Source: an uncultured delta proteobacterium (GTDB lineage: Bacteria > Desulfobacterota > Binatia > Binatales > Binataceae). From it: 64,000 nucleotides of DNA. Location: contig CAWCDG010000004.1 of the NCBI GenBank assembly GCA_963794325.1, positions 224,001 to 288,000 of the forward strand, in the 5' to 3' direction. The notes under the pieces are model-generated. The model saw only the letters and a list, made by a program, of their open reading frames with translations. It was not told the origin of the DNA and made no database searches. The position numbers and the translations under genes were made by a program. Of the stretch, positions 1 to 10,448 are shown in pieces; positions within the stretch are counted from its first letter, which is position 1, and every line of letters starts with the position of its first letter.

Positions 1-1898
1 TGGCTGCGGGAATCGGACTTTTCATCGACGACGCGATCGTGATGATCGAGGCGATACATCGCGAGCTCGCGGCGAACAGCTCCGCTGCTGATGCGGTGGC
101 CGGAGCGCTCAAGAGGCTTCAGCGTCCGTTGATTGCCTCGACCATGACGGTGATCGTGGTCTTCGGCCCGCTGGTTTTCACCTCGGGCGTGACTGGAATC
201 TTCTTCAGGTCGCTGGCCGCGACGCTCGGCGGAGGACTGGCGATTTCACTGATCCTCGCAATTTACTTCACGCCCGCAGTTGAACTCGCGATCGCGCGAT
301 TTCGCGGGCGCGCGCGCGAAGCGGGTCGAATCTATCACGGCGTTCAGAGCGCATTTCTGACCGAGGTCCGGCCCTTCATCCGTATTCCGGCGCTGGCGAT
401 TCCGGTCGCGATCGTTTCCATCGTGGTTGCGTACCTGGTGTACAACAATATCGGTACCGACTATCTGCCGCCGCTCGACGAAGGCGCGTTCATCCTCGAC
501 TACATCACGCCGCCGCAGAGCACGATGGCCGATACGACCGCGCTGCTCGACTCGATTCAGTCGATTCTGAAATCGACGCCCGAAGTCGCTTCGTTCAGCC
601 GCCGGACCGGCACCCAGCTCGGATTTTTTCTGACCGAATCGAACACCGGAGACATGTCCGTGCGGCTCAAGCCTGACCGTAAACGTGATATCGACGACGT
701 CACCAATGGTATCCGCGAGCGCATCCTGAATACGGTGCCGGGAGTGCAGGTCGAGTTCTCGCAAGTGTTGCAGGATTTGATCGGCGACCTTTCGGGCGTT
801 CCGGAACCGATCGAAGTGAAGGTTTTCGGCACCGATCAGAAAGTTATCGAAGCTACCGCGCGGCAGGTGGCCGACAAGATACGCTCAATCCACGGCCTGG
901 TCGACGTCAAAAACGGAATTATCGAAAGCATCCCGGAGGAGGCGGTGGTGGTCGATAACACTTCGGCGGCGCATTACGGATTGAGCGCCGACGACGTTCG
1001 CGCAGCGCTCGATTCGGTGATTCAGGGGACCGTCGCCACCAGCGTGTTGTCGGGCGATCGGCTGGTCGACGTTCGCGTGCGCTACCCGGATGCATTCCAC
1101 GAAGATCTGGGGACGCTGTCGGAGGTGATCCTCAAGTCGAGCTCGAATGCGCGCGTCCCGCTGGCCTCGGTCACGAAGCTCAACTTTCTCGGCGCGACCA
1201 ACGAAATCGATCGCGAGCGTCAGCGTCCCGTCGTCCATGTCACCGCGCGGCTCGAAGGTATCGACCTCGGCACCGGGATAAACGCGGTGAAAGAGAGTCT
1301 GGCGAAGATGGCTCTGCCAGCGGGAGTATCACTCGAATATGGCGGCCTCTACGCTCAGCAACAACAGGCGTTCCACGAGCTCGCACTGGTGCTGGTGGCC
1401 GGGACGGTGATGATGTTCCTGATATTGGTTTGGGAGTTCGCGCGACTCGCCCCGGCGCTTGCGTGCCTGATTGCCGCGATGTCGTGTCTGGCGGGCAGTT
1501 TCATCGCGCTCGACGTGACCGGCATGACGCTCAACATCTCATCGTTCATGGGAATCATCATGGTCGCGGGAATCACCGCAAAGAACGGCATCCTGCTGCT
1601 CGACCATGCCGAGCGAGAAGTCGGTTCGGGCACCAAACCTGGCGCGGCGTTACTGGACGCCGCAACGGTGCGGCTGCGGCCGATCATGATGACGACGCTG
1701 GCAACCGCGGCGGGCTTGTTCCCGCTCGCACTCGGCTACGGCGCCGGCGCCAAGGTTCAGCAGCCGTTGGCGATCGCGGTGATCGGCGGACTCGCGTTCG
1801 CGATGTTTCTGTCAACTCCGCTGGCCGGCGGAATCTACCTGATGGGCACGCGCGGAAAAGGCCGCGGTGAAACCAGCCCGTCGCAGCCGGCCGTTTAG
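1..1898 (+). CDS. AcrB/CusA-family RND efflux permease (5' truncated by window edge)
   Basis: Frame open from base 3 (GIGLFIDDAIVMIE); also KNGILL and RLRPIMMTTLAT...PLAIAVIGG RND motifs. Confidence 0.93.
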   Translation, partial: AAGIGLFIDDAIVMIEAIHRELAANSSAADAVAGALKRLQRPLIASTMTVIVVFGPLVFTSGVTGIFFRSLAATLGGGLAISLILAIYFTPAVELAIARFRGRAREAGRIYHGVQSAFLTEVRPFIRIPALAIPVAIVSIVVAYLVYNNIGTDYLPPLDEGAFILDYITPPQSTMADTTALLDSIQSILKSTPEVASFSRRTGTQLGFFLTESNTGDMSVRLKPDRKRDIDDVTNGIRERILNTVPGVQVEFSQVLQDLIGDLSGVPEPIEVKVFGTDQKVIEATARQVADKIRSIHGLVDVKNGIIESIPEEAVVVDNTSAAHYGLSADDVRAALDSVIQGTVATSVLSGDRLVDVRVRYPDAFHEDLGTLSEVILKSSSNARVPLASVTKLNFLGATNEIDRERQRPVVHVTARLEGIDLGTGINAVKESLAKMALPAGVSLEYGGLYAQQQQAFHELALVLVAGTVMMFLILVWEFARLAPALACLIAAMSCLAGSFIALDVTGMTLNISSFMGIIMVAGITAKNGILLLDHAEREVGSGTKPGAALLDAATVRLRPIMMTTLATAAGLFPLALGYGAGAKVQQPLAIAVIGGLAFAMFLSTPLAGGIYLMGTRGKGRGETSPSQPAV

Positions 1899-2563
1899 GC
1901 AATGCCCGGCCACAGACGATATCGGACTCGATCCATATATTGGCGGTACTCAGGATCGGCGGCTAGATGTTTTTCCTCCTGGCTGATTCTCCAGACCATG
2001 AAGGGAAGCGTCATCGCGATCAAAACGACATTGCGTTTGCTCGCAAATGACATCGCGTAGCCAATCGAAAGTATCAGCCATCCGAAATATATCGGATGGC
2101 GAACCCATCGAAACGGCCCCTTCGATACGATTCCACGATTGGCGGGCAATATGCCGAAGCTCCGGCCCATGTATATGCGGGAGACCTGGGTCAGGCCTAT
2201 GCCAAACAATTCAAAAATGAGACCGGCGGTCGCGAGCGCACCAGTGGATGCATGGGTCGGACGCATGAACCACGGAAGAAGCAACATGCCGCCGGACGCG
2301 GCGATCGTCCGCAGATTCACGGTCGTGCTGCGCGGCGCAAATCGTGCGAACGACATGACGGCCATGACCGCCGCGCCGACGAGCCAGACGATGTTTGCAG
2401 CGCCCGCCAGAGAAAATGTGAGATCTCGCCCGGCCGGCAACATCGCAATCAAGAAGGATGCCGCGAGCACGCAGTCGCCCAGCGCGCGTCTCAATCCAGA
2501 GATAGTTACCTGCGATCGAGGAACTTCGGCGGACGCTGGAATGCGAGCGGCGACTGCTTCCAT
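1895..2563 (-). CDS. ICMT/PEMT-like membrane methyltransferase
   Basis: Hydrophobic; GIVSKGPFRWVRHPIYFG, EE and YRQYMDRVRYRLWPG motifs; start could be 2578. Confidence 0.85.
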   Translation of the reverse strand: MEAVAARIPASAEVPRSQVTISGLRRALGDCVLAASFLIAMLPAGRDLTFSLAGAANIVWLVGAAVMAVMSFARFAPRSTTVNLRTIAASGGMLLLPWFMRPTHASTGALATAGLIFELFGIGLTQVSRIYMGRSFGILPANRGIVSKGPFRWVRHPIYFGWLILSIGYAMSFASKRNVVLIAMTLPFMVWRISQEEKHLAADPEYRQYMDRVRYRLWPGIA

Positions 2564-2614
2564 GAATACATAGTGCACGCGTCATAGTATATTAAGCAAG
2601 CAATCGAGAAATAT

Positions 2615-2642
2615 AAGTGAGTATTGGATTGAGTATTCACTT
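2615..2642. promoter_or_regulatory. Imperfect palindrome, candidate operator
   Basis: AAGTGAGTATT-N6-AGTATTCACTT (9/11 dyad) in the AT-rich divergent region between the methyltransferase and the tRNA. Confidence 0.35.
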
Positions 2643-2818
2643 CTATAGTAACTTGTAGCCATCATGCTACTGCGACTGTCGTCGTCGACTGGCTACTTCA
2701 TGCGCAGCGTCGCGCGCGCTCTTGAGCGATTCGGCGGGCGGCTGATGCATCCCGGCGCCATTGCTGACCGCGATACCTTTGCTAAGATGAGCGGCTGAGT
2801 CTGCAAGCCTGGTCGAGT

Positions 2819-2904
2819 GCCGAGGTGGCGGAATGGCAGACGCAGAGGACTCAAAATCCTCCGTGGGCAACCACGTGCGGGTTCAAGTCCCGCCCTCGGC
2901 ACCA
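2819..2904 (+). tRNA. tRNA-Leu (anticodon CAA)
   Basis: Acceptor GCCGAGG/CCTCGGC-A-CCA; anticodon arm GAGGA-CT-CAA-AA-TCCTC; long variable arm; GTTCAAGTC T-loop. Confidence 0.97.
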
Positions 2905-2971
2905 AATATTCGCCTCGCTGCCGAGCGCGTCGCACGGTACGTGAGCCAAAGCTCGAACGATTCGACAACTG

Positions 2972-4519
2972 ATGCATCCTGGAATTCACGCCAAAAGCAA
3001 TCCTGACAAGGCCGCCTACATCATGACGGCGACCGGCAAGGTTGTCACCTACCGCGAGCTCGACGATGAGTCGAATCGCGCCGCGAATCTATTGCGCTCG
3101 ATCGGACTCAAGCCGGGCGACACAATCGCATTGTTCGCCGAGAATCATCACCGCTATCATCAGGTTCTGTGGGCGGCGCAGCGTTCCGGACTCTATTACA
3201 CCGCGATCAGTTCACGCCTGACGGCGGAGGAAGTCGCCTACATCGTAAATGACTCCGGCGCGAAAGTTTTCATCACAACGCACGCGATGGCCGCCGTCGC
3301 GGTCCAGATGGACGCCAATATGATTCCGGGCCCCATCAAGCGCTACATGATGGACGGCGCAGTCGCGACTTATGAATCCTGGGAGGATGCAGTTGGCTCG
3401 CAACCAACGACTCCGATTGCCGACGAGACCGAAGGCGCCGCGATGCTCTACTCGTCGGGCACTACCGGCAAGCCCAAAGGCGTGAAGCATCGGCTGAGCG
3501 GACAGCCGCTGGGCGCACCAAATCCTATCGGCATGCTGCTGGCCGGGCTATACCAAGCGTCTCCCGAGATGATCTACCTGTCGCCAGCGCCGCTTTATCA
3601 TTCGGCGCCGCTGCAGTTCACGATGGCGATTCATCGGATTGGCGGCACCGTGATCGTCATGGAGCACTTCGACGCGGAACAATCGCTCGCGCTTATCGAG
3701 AAGTACCGGGTCACGCACACACAGATGGTGCCGACGATGTTCATCCGGATGCTGAAGCTGCCGGAGCCGATGCGCCGTAAGTACAATCATTCGAGCTTGA
3801 AGGTGGTAATCCACGCGTCCGCGCCGTGTCCAATCCCGATCAAGGAACAGATGATTGAATGGTGGGGGCCGAAAATTTACGAATATTATGCGGGGACCGA
3901 GGGCAACGGGTTTTGCGCGATCGACAGCAGTGAATGGCTGCTGCACAAGGGCTCGGTCGGCAAGCCCCTGGTCGGCAAGGTACACATCGTTGACGATGAA
4001 GGAGCTGAGCTTGCGACTGGGGAAGCGGGGACGATCTTTTTCGAAGGCGGCGCGACGTTCGAGTACCACAACGATCCCGAAAAAACGAAAAGCTCGCGCA
4101 ACGACAAGGGATGGTCGACGCTCGGCGATATCGGCTATCTCGATCGCGACGGCTGTCTCTACCTGACCGATCGCAAGGCAAACATGATCATCAGCGGCGG
4201 CGTGAACATCTACCCGCAAGAGGCGGAGAACCTGCTCGCGACTCATCCGAAGGTCGAGGACGTCGCCGTGTTCGGCGTGCCGAACGAGGATTTCGGCGAG
4301 GAAGTCAAAGCTGTCGTGCAACCGGTGGATATCAAGCAGGCCGGGCCGGCTCTCGAAGCGGAGCTGATCGATTTCTGCCGCGCGCACATGTCTGCAATCA
4401 AGTGTCCGCGGACAATTGATTTCGATGCCGAGCTGCCGCGCCATCCGACCGGCAAGCTCTATAAGCGGCTAATCAAGGATCGCTACTGGATCGGACACTC
4501 GAAGCGAATCGCCGAGTAA
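2972..4519 (+). CDS. Acyl-CoA synthetase (AMP-binding)
   Basis: YSSGTTGKPKG, YYAGTE, GDIGYLD, IISGGVNIYP, PTGK. Confidence 0.95.
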   Translation: MHPGIHAKSNPDKAAYIMTATGKVVTYRELDDESNRAANLLRSIGLKPGDTIALFAENHHRYHQVLWAAQRSGLYYTAISSRLTAEEVAYIVNDSGAKVFITTHAMAAVAVQMDANMIPGPIKRYMMDGAVATYESWEDAVGSQPTTPIADETEGAAMLYSSGTTGKPKGVKHRLSGQPLGAPNPIGMLLAGLYQASPEMIYLSPAPLYHSAPLQFTMAIHRIGGTVIVMEHFDAEQSLALIEKYRVTHTQMVPTMFIRMLKLPEPMRRKYNHSSLKVVIHASAPCPIPIKEQMIEWWGPKIYEYYAGTEGNGFCAIDSSEWLLHKGSVGKPLVGKVHIVDDEGAELATGEAGTIFFEGGATFEYHNDPEKTKSSRNDKGWSTLGDIGYLDRDGCLYLTDRKANMIISGGVNIYPQEAENLLATHPKVEDVAVFGVPNEDFGEEVKAVVQPVDIKQAGPALEAELIDFCRAHMSAIKCPRTIDFDAELPRHPTGKLYKRLIKDRYWIGHSKRIAE

Positions 4520-4657
4520 GCGTCCTGTCACAGCGCGCGTCGGAGCCAGAATCGAGCGGCTTGCGAGCGGAACCGCAACCGAAGATCAGCCACGCGCAAT
4601 TCCTGGTCCAGTTGCGGCGGGCGATTCAGCTTCGCTTCACCCCGCTGACGTCTCCTG

Positions 4658-5272
4658 TCAGGACGTGGTGGCAAGCTGAAAGCTGTTGACCAATTCTTGC
4701 AGGCGCTGCTTTGCGTTCGCGAATACCGATACGCCGTCGCCTACCAGGATTGTGTCGAACTCGAGTGCAAGCAATTGCTGGACGCTGCGCCGCAGACGCG
4801 CCGGATCGTCCATCACGCGTTCCCGTAGCAGGCTCAACTGCCCTGGCGGATTCCCGACGACGGCGTCACCGACGATCAAGATTTTCCGCGCGGGCCAAAG
4901 GAATGCCACCTCGCCGGGACTCTTACCACTGACACCTATCACTTCGAGCGGGCCGATCTTTTCACCCTCGTGAAGCTCGCCGTCGATGACGGCCCCCTGC
5001 GCCTTCGCGTATGCGGCGTCCTCGGGATGTATGTAGCAACGGGCGCCGGTGCGCTCGCGAATCTTATTTGCGGCCCGCACATGATTTCGGTTGGTGAGGA
5101 GAATTCGGCTCACTCCCCTCCGGACGAGTTCGCTCAGGACTGCTTCATTCGGCTCGACTGGATCGATGCAGATATTGTTGTCCGGGCCGGGAATCAGCAG
5201 GCCGTTGAAGTTGTAGCCATGCGGCTCGGAAAACCACGACCAAGTGAGAACGTCGCCGAGAATCGTTTCCAT
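4658..5272 (-). CDS. Metallo-beta-lactamase-fold protein with degenerate metal site
   Basis: IDP, LLTNRNHVR, GKSPGE, VGDA; GAGGAG RBS before ATG 5272. Confidence 0.8.
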   Translation of the reverse strand: METILGDVLTWSWFSEPHGYNFNGLLIPGPDNNICIDPVEPNEAVLSELVRRGVSRILLTNRNHVRAANKIRERTGARCYIHPEDAAYAKAQGAVIDGELHEGEKIGPLEVIGVSGKSPGEVAFLWPARKILIVGDAVVGNPPGQLSLLRERVMDDPARLRRSVQQLLALEFDTILVGDGVSVFANAKQRLQELVNSFQLATTS

Positions 5273-5435
5273 CGCAAGACTCCTCGCCACTGAAATCGCG
5301 CTCCAGATCTTAATCCAGAGCGAGCGTCCGATTCCAACGCCGCCTCGATAGTTGGCAGCGCGGCCCTCACCCGACTATTGATAAAGAGGCCTGCCTGCGT
5401 CGTGCAGGTAAACTTCAGATCACTTGGGAGATATC

Positions 5436-6293
5436 ATGGGTAAACTCGAAAAGAAGGTTGCAGTCATAACTGGGGCATCGAGCGGGATCGGCCGCGCGAC
5501 CGCAATTCGATTCGCGGGCGAAGGGGCGGCGGTCGTGATCGCCGATCTCAATCGTGAAGGCGGCGAAGCAGCGGTGCGGGACTGCAAGGAGAACGGCGGC
5601 AGCGCGGTCTTCCAGCTCACCGACGTGTCGAGCGAGGAGAATATCAAGGGCGCAGTCGATCGCGCGGTGAAGGAATTCGGACACCTCGACATCATCTATA
5701 ACAACGCTGGTCTTGGTGGTGCGGTCGGACCGCTCGAGAAGACCAGCGCGGAGAACTGGGACCGCAGTTTCTCGATCCTGCTGCGCGCGGTATTTCTCGG
5801 CATCAAGTACGCGGTGCCCGAGATGCGAAAGGCCGGCGGCGGTTCGATTATCTCGACCGCGTCGATCGCCGGACTGCGCGGCGCGCCCGGATTGCACGCA
5901 TACTGCGCGGCCAAGGCTGGCGTGATCAGCCTGAGCCGATCTGCCTCGATCGAATTGGCCAAGGACAAGATTCGCGTCAATTGCATCTGCCCCGGACTGA
6001 TCGCGACGCCGCTGACGTACAATCGCATCCCGGGCGGCGAACAGACCGCGACGCAACTCTTTGCGGCCTTCCAACCCTGGCCGCGCACTGGACGTCCAGA
6101 AGATATTGCGGCGATGGCGCTGTTCCTGGCCAGCGACGACTCTGAGTTTGTCAGCGGCCAGGCGATGGTGGTCGATGGAGCGGCAACATCCGGAATGGGC
6201 GCGGGCAACCTGGCCCGAGGCTCTCAACCAGCGCCGTCGATCCTCGATGACGAGTTTTCGGGGCCGTCGTTCCAGATGAAGCGTCCAGCCTGA
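5436..6293 (+). CDS. Short-chain dehydrogenase/reductase
   Basis: TGASSGIG, NNAG, YCAAK, IRVNCICPG. Confidence 0.95.
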   Translation: MGKLEKKVAVITGASSGIGRATAIRFAGEGAAVVIADLNREGGEAAVRDCKENGGSAVFQLTDVSSEENIKGAVDRAVKEFGHLDIIYNNAGLGGAVGPLEKTSAENWDRSFSILLRAVFLGIKYAVPEMRKAGGGSIISTASIAGLRGAPGLHAYCAAKAGVISLSRSASIELAKDKIRVNCICPGLIATPLTYNRIPGGEQTATQLFAAFQPWPRTGRPEDIAAMALFLASDDSEFVSGQAMVVDGAATSGMGAGNLARGSQPAPSILDDEFSGPSFQMKRPA

Positions 6294-6304
6294 AGGATGA
6301 AATC

Positions 6305-6757
6305 ATGAAAACGACTGATGAACTGGTAATCGAGCTCGCCGATCGCGAAGCGATTCGTGAACTGCCCGTGCGTTACTGCGATTGCGTCTGGCAAAACGAT
6401 CTCAAGACGATGGTCGAGCTTTTCGTCGAGGACGGGATATTTGTGATCAAAGGGCGCGAGCGAGAGGCGACGACCAAAGGCCGCGCCGAGCTTCGCAAGA
6501 TGTACGAGCAGGCGCTCGGCGAGATGTCGCCGCGTCCTTACATCCACAATCATGTTGTAAATCTGCAGAGCAAAACCAAGGCGACAGGCAGATGCTACGT
6601 GGAACTGCGCAGCGCGGCGCGGGATATGGAGTGGATTGGAACCGGCTTCTACGACGATGAGTATATAAAGGTCGGCGACCAGTGGAAGTTCGCCTCGCGA
6701 CGCTTCACGAGTATCAGGCTTCCGACCGCGCCTGCTGAGAGCGGACGCAAGTCGTAG
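6305..6757 (+). CDS. SnoaL/NTF2-like protein
   Basis: LADREAIREL..RYC..VW and GFYDDEYIKVGDQWKFASR. Confidence 0.85.
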   Translation: MKTTDELVIELADREAIRELPVRYCDCVWQNDLKTMVELFVEDGIFVIKGREREATTKGRAELRKMYEQALGEMSPRPYIHNHVVNLQSKTKATGRCYVELRSAARDMEWIGTGFYDDEYIKVGDQWKFASRRFTSIRLPTAPAESGRKS

Positions 6758-6799
6758 GTCAGCGATAGAGCATCGCAGGATCGCGCTCGTCACGTCGCG

Positions 6800-7801
6800 C
6801 TATCTGCGGATTCCCGGCAGATCTTCGCGGATGCGCGCAGAAAAATCGGGAGAGTCATCGGCGGCTTTTGCTTTTTCGGTGATGTTGCTGCGCGCGCGGA
6901 GTTCTGAGAGCGGCATGCTCGTATCGATCTGGCCGCGTTCGTACAGGAGTTCATCGAGGTGGCCGTTGGCGAGCATCCTCCAGTCGAGAGTGCCGCCGAC
7001 GCCAATGTTTTGCACATGGCCTCGGATGGTCGTCGTGCAGTTCTGGGTCAACGCGTTGTACCATTCAGGATGGTCCGCAAGGCGATTCACTTGCTCGAGG
7101 TAGTCAACCAGCAGCGCGCGGGCTTCCGGGGCGGGAACGCGGAGTCGATACAGATAGACCTGCTCGCCGCGGTGGTTGGTGCGCAGTCCGACCAGGTCGC
7201 GCTCGTCGGCTACCACATAGTAGAGCTCGTACTGGTGAAAGAAGCCGCGAAGGGCTGAGTACGATTCGCCTTTCTGCTTGCGCGTTTCGATCGAGATGGC
7301 GAGATGCTGGCCGTCATCGAATTCCCAGCTCACGATGGTGTGCGCGATTTCAGTCGGTCCCCAAAATGACAGGAACAGATCAACGCCCTTGATCCGATCG
7401 AGATCGTAGGTCCGCGTTTCCCAGCGCTGATCGTAATCGGTCTCGGATCGGTAGTTGAAATTTCGGAGGTTGTCGATCGTCACGCGGCTGCCGTTGAAGG
7501 TCGCGCGCGCCGTGCGGGCAACGTCGAACGTCCAGTCGCGGGTGTTGCTCGGCGGCATCGACGTCCACCACAGCGCCACGACGATCACCGGAAACAGCGC
7601 GACCACAAGGCCTCTCAGCAGCGGGCGAACGATCGCCGCAAGAACTAGGCTGACGATCGCCAGTCCGGCGGCCATCGGCGCGGCAAGAATGCGCGAATGC
7701 GGACCGTCGATCCAAATCGCCATCACGGCCCATGCGACGGCGGCGGCGACGATCACCGACAGCATCAGCGTCGCGACGAAGCGGACTGCGCGCCCGAGCA
7801 T
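6800..7801 (-). CDS. DUF4105 (Lnb N-terminal-like) membrane protein
   Basis: N-terminal TM helices; NLRNFNYRS, IAHTIVSW, SIETRK, YNALTQNCTT. Confidence 0.85.
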   Translation of the reverse strand: MLGRAVRFVATLMLSVIVAAAVAWAVMAIWIDGPHSRILAAPMAAGLAIVSLVLAAIVRPLLRGLVVALFPVIVVALWWTSMPPSNTRDWTFDVARTARATFNGSRVTIDNLRNFNYRSETDYDQRWETRTYDLDRIKGVDLFLSFWGPTEIAHTIVSWEFDDGQHLAISIETRKQKGESYSALRGFFHQYELYYVVADERDLVGLRTNHRGEQVYLYRLRVPAPEARALLVDYLEQVNRLADHPEWYNALTQNCTTTIRGHVQNIGVGGTLDWRMLANGHLDELLYERGQIDTSMPLSELRARSNITEKAKAADDSPDFSARIREDLPGIRR

Positions 7802-9648
7802 CAGTGGATTCCGGCGTGTTCGTAGAGGATGCGGCGGACCTCTTCGATCGTCTCGGGCGTCGCTTGGGTCGAGTGTCCCGAACGGACGACCAGCTCCGAT
7901 TCGACACCGTCGATATGCGCGCTCTTGTACTCGACGACTCCGTCGTTGCCGTCCTCAACCGGCCCGCTGCCTTTCACCGGAATTATCGAATGCGCATGCA
8001 CGCCGGGAGCGATCGGCAGCGACGAGAGGACCTTGATGAACCGGTTAGACGAATCCATGTTGTCCAGCGCGGTCGGAATCACAGGCGAAGCGCCCATCAT
8101 GTTGTTCTCGCGAAGCTTCGCGAGCTGGACCGCGGTCTTCGCAAGACCGCCCGGCAAGTTGATGAATTTGTTTGCCAACTTAACGATAGGATTGCTGGCC
8201 ATGTAGCTGCCGCGATGCGGCGTCGCGATGAAGATCACGCGCGTCACGAACGGCAGCGGTTTGAAGAACATCGCGCGCGTGGCAAGGTCGCGGGTCTCGG
8301 GATCGAGTTGCGCCTGGTCAAACGGGACAGATGTGATGTTGTTCCAGAAGCGATTTCCACTATCGACGACCATCATCTTGGTCAGCAGCCCGCCTTGGCT
8401 GTGACCGATCACCACCATCTTGTTGAGCGACGGGTCCTTGCCCTCGGGATCGACGGCCTTGCGCACATTGATCAGTGATTCACGCAATCGCATCGCAGAC
8501 AGCACGATCGGATTTCCGCTGTTATAGATGAAGAACCAAAGCTGATAGCGCGATGCGATCGCGGGATCGCCAAGCAACTCGTTGGTCATTTCAGCCCATC
8601 GGGCGGGACTCGACGCCGTGCCATGAACGAACACCACCGGAATCATGTTCGGGTGGTATGGATGCAACATGAAGAGGCCGTTGACGTCGCTGGCCTTCGC
8701 GCCCGGAATGGAAAAGTCTCCCTTGCGAAAGCCCGCGAGCTCGAAATCCCAGATCGGCGCACCCTCCAGGCGATAGGCGAGCGCCGCGCTGGGATCGGAT
8801 TCGAGAGGCACGGACTGACCGCCGACCTGCACGTAGCCAGCCCGGTCCTCGTCGTAAAGTTCAACCGTGCCGCGCAGACGCCCATTACTCATCGCGAGTC
8901 GAGGATCGTCGAAGCGCACGAACGCGGTGATTGGCACCTTCGCATTCGCGGGAATCCATTGGCTCCCAGGACTGCCCGGCGTCGGCTCGGCTCGGGCCGA
9001 TAGCGCCGCGCCGATACCCGGTCTGCGGTAGGTATTCCGGAGCCCGCGCACCTCGAGGTCCGCGAGCGAGACAAATTTCGTCAGATGACTGCCGCCGTAA
9101 TTGAATCCCTCCGGCTCGACTCCGAGGCTGAGGGATCCAAACGGCAAGCTCAGTTGACGCGCGCTGAGATCAACTTCCTTTCCGTCTTTGGTCGCGAGGC
9201 CCAACGCGATGCCTCGATTGTAAAGATCAACAGTGAGGGTGAGGCGCGGATCGTACTGTCCGGGCGCGTCGGCCGGATTAGCCGGAAACAGGAAGGCGTA
9301 CGCATAGGCGGCGGACGCGAGGTAGTAGGATTGATTCCCCGATTCTTCCGCATATTCAAACGAGAGCTCGGATAGTGCAAACAGCCGATCGCGCTCGTCA
9401 GGCTTACCGAGCCCCGAGTTCAATTCGGCCAGGACTGTTTGGGGATCGCTTTTGAAACGATCCGTGAGCGCGGAACGTTCCAGAATCTGCGTCGAGTAAT
9501 CGCTCGGCTTGCCGGTTGAAAGGACGTTCGCATTGAGCTCGCGATGCGCCGCTTGCTCGTTGAGGCGCGTCACCCCTACCGGCGTCGCGCAACCGCCCGC
9601 AAACAGAGCGATGAGCGCAAAGACAAGTAATCGACGTCGAAAAGACAA
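7801..9648 (-). CDS. Lipoprotein alpha/beta hydrolase (lipase-like)
   Basis: Lipobox FAGGC; VVFVHG, GHSQGG, IATPHRGS, DGVV; stop overlaps the DUF4105 start. Confidence 0.88.
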   Translation of the reverse strand: MSFRRRLLVFALIALFAGGCATPVGVTRLNEQAAHRELNANVLSTGKPSDYSTQILERSALTDRFKSDPQTVLAELNSGLGKPDERDRLFALSELSFEYAEESGNQSYYLASAAYAYAFLFPANPADAPGQYDPRLTLTVDLYNRGIALGLATKDGKEVDLSARQLSLPFGSLSLGVEPEGFNYGGSHLTKFVSLADLEVRGLRNTYRRPGIGAALSARAEPTPGSPGSQWIPANAKVPITAFVRFDDPRLAMSNGRLRGTVELYDEDRAGYVQVGGQSVPLESDPSAALAYRLEGAPIWDFELAGFRKGDFSIPGAKASDVNGLFMLHPYHPNMIPVVFVHGTASSPARWAEMTNELLGDPAIASRYQLWFFIYNSGNPIVLSAMRLRESLINVRKAVDPEGKDPSLNKMVVIGHSQGGLLTKMMVVDSGNRFWNNITSVPFDQAQLDPETRDLATRAMFFKPLPFVTRVIFIATPHRGSYMASNPIVKLANKFINLPGGLAKTAVQLAKLRENNMMGASPVIPTALDNMDSSNRFIKVLSSLPIAPGVHAHSIIPVKGSGPVEDGNDGVVEYKSAHIDGVESELVVRSGHSTQATPETIEEVRRILYEHAGIH

Positions 9649-9761
9649 ACTATTCGTTCACTTCCTGCCAGTCTTGCCGCGATTGTATTCGGTTATCGCA
9701 TGCTTGGCAGTATCGGGCCCATGTGGAATCTGTCAGCCCTTCGCCGCCTTGTCGAAATTCG

Positions 9762-10293
9762 TCACTTTACGCTGTACCCGCGACCATCCAGACAGGCGGC
9801 CATCGCGCGTTGATACGCGGCACCCGCTTGAGAGGTCTGGGAGTTTGCCTGCTGTTTTTGCGAGTTCGCCTGGTCCAGGCGTTCATCTCTGCGTTTAAAT
9901 CCGCCGGCCATTCCACCCATCGCAGCTCCGGCGGCAGCTCCTTTGCCGGCGTTTCCTGCAATCGCGCCACCGACCGCGCCCATCGCAGCCCCACGCCCAG
10001 CTCCCTTCAGAACGTGCGGTTGCGACGGCCGATACGGCTGCGGATCAAGTGCGTTGGGGTTGCTCGGGTAGGACACGCTCGGGTCGAAACCAGTTTGCTG
10101 AACGGACCATGTGTGGCACTCGTAGCGATCCTTATCCTGCTGCGCCTGACTCTGATTGTTTTTGGGGTATATGAACATTTGTCCGCTTTGCGCAGCGGCG
10201 ATTGCTGGAATCAGAAGGACTAGCGGCAAAGATCAAAATCCGCGACCACATGCCTGCCTTTGCCATCCGGAAATTTCCTGCTGTGCGAGTCAT
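9762..10293 (-). CDS. Secreted glycine-zipper (YMGG-like) protein, apparent frameshift near 10229
   Basis: IYPKNNQSQAQQDKDRYEC, GAAMGAVGGAIAG, ACLDGRGYSVK; AGGAG RBS + ATG 10293 are one frame off the body. Confidence 0.75.
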
Positions 10294-10448
10294 CTCGTAC
10301 TCCTGTTTTTTCAATTCAGACTAGACTGTGCCTTTCGCATTCGCGGTTAGCAAACCGCTTGTCTGACGTGGATTTTGAGTTCTCCAGATAACTCCGGCGT
10401 CCAGCGAATTCGTGGTCTCGCCGGGCGGCGTCTGTTCATACTCGGGGG

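Noticed and set aside
2819-2904. tRNA-anchored genomic island or prophage
   Set aside because: No integrase and no duplicated tRNA 3' end seen in the window
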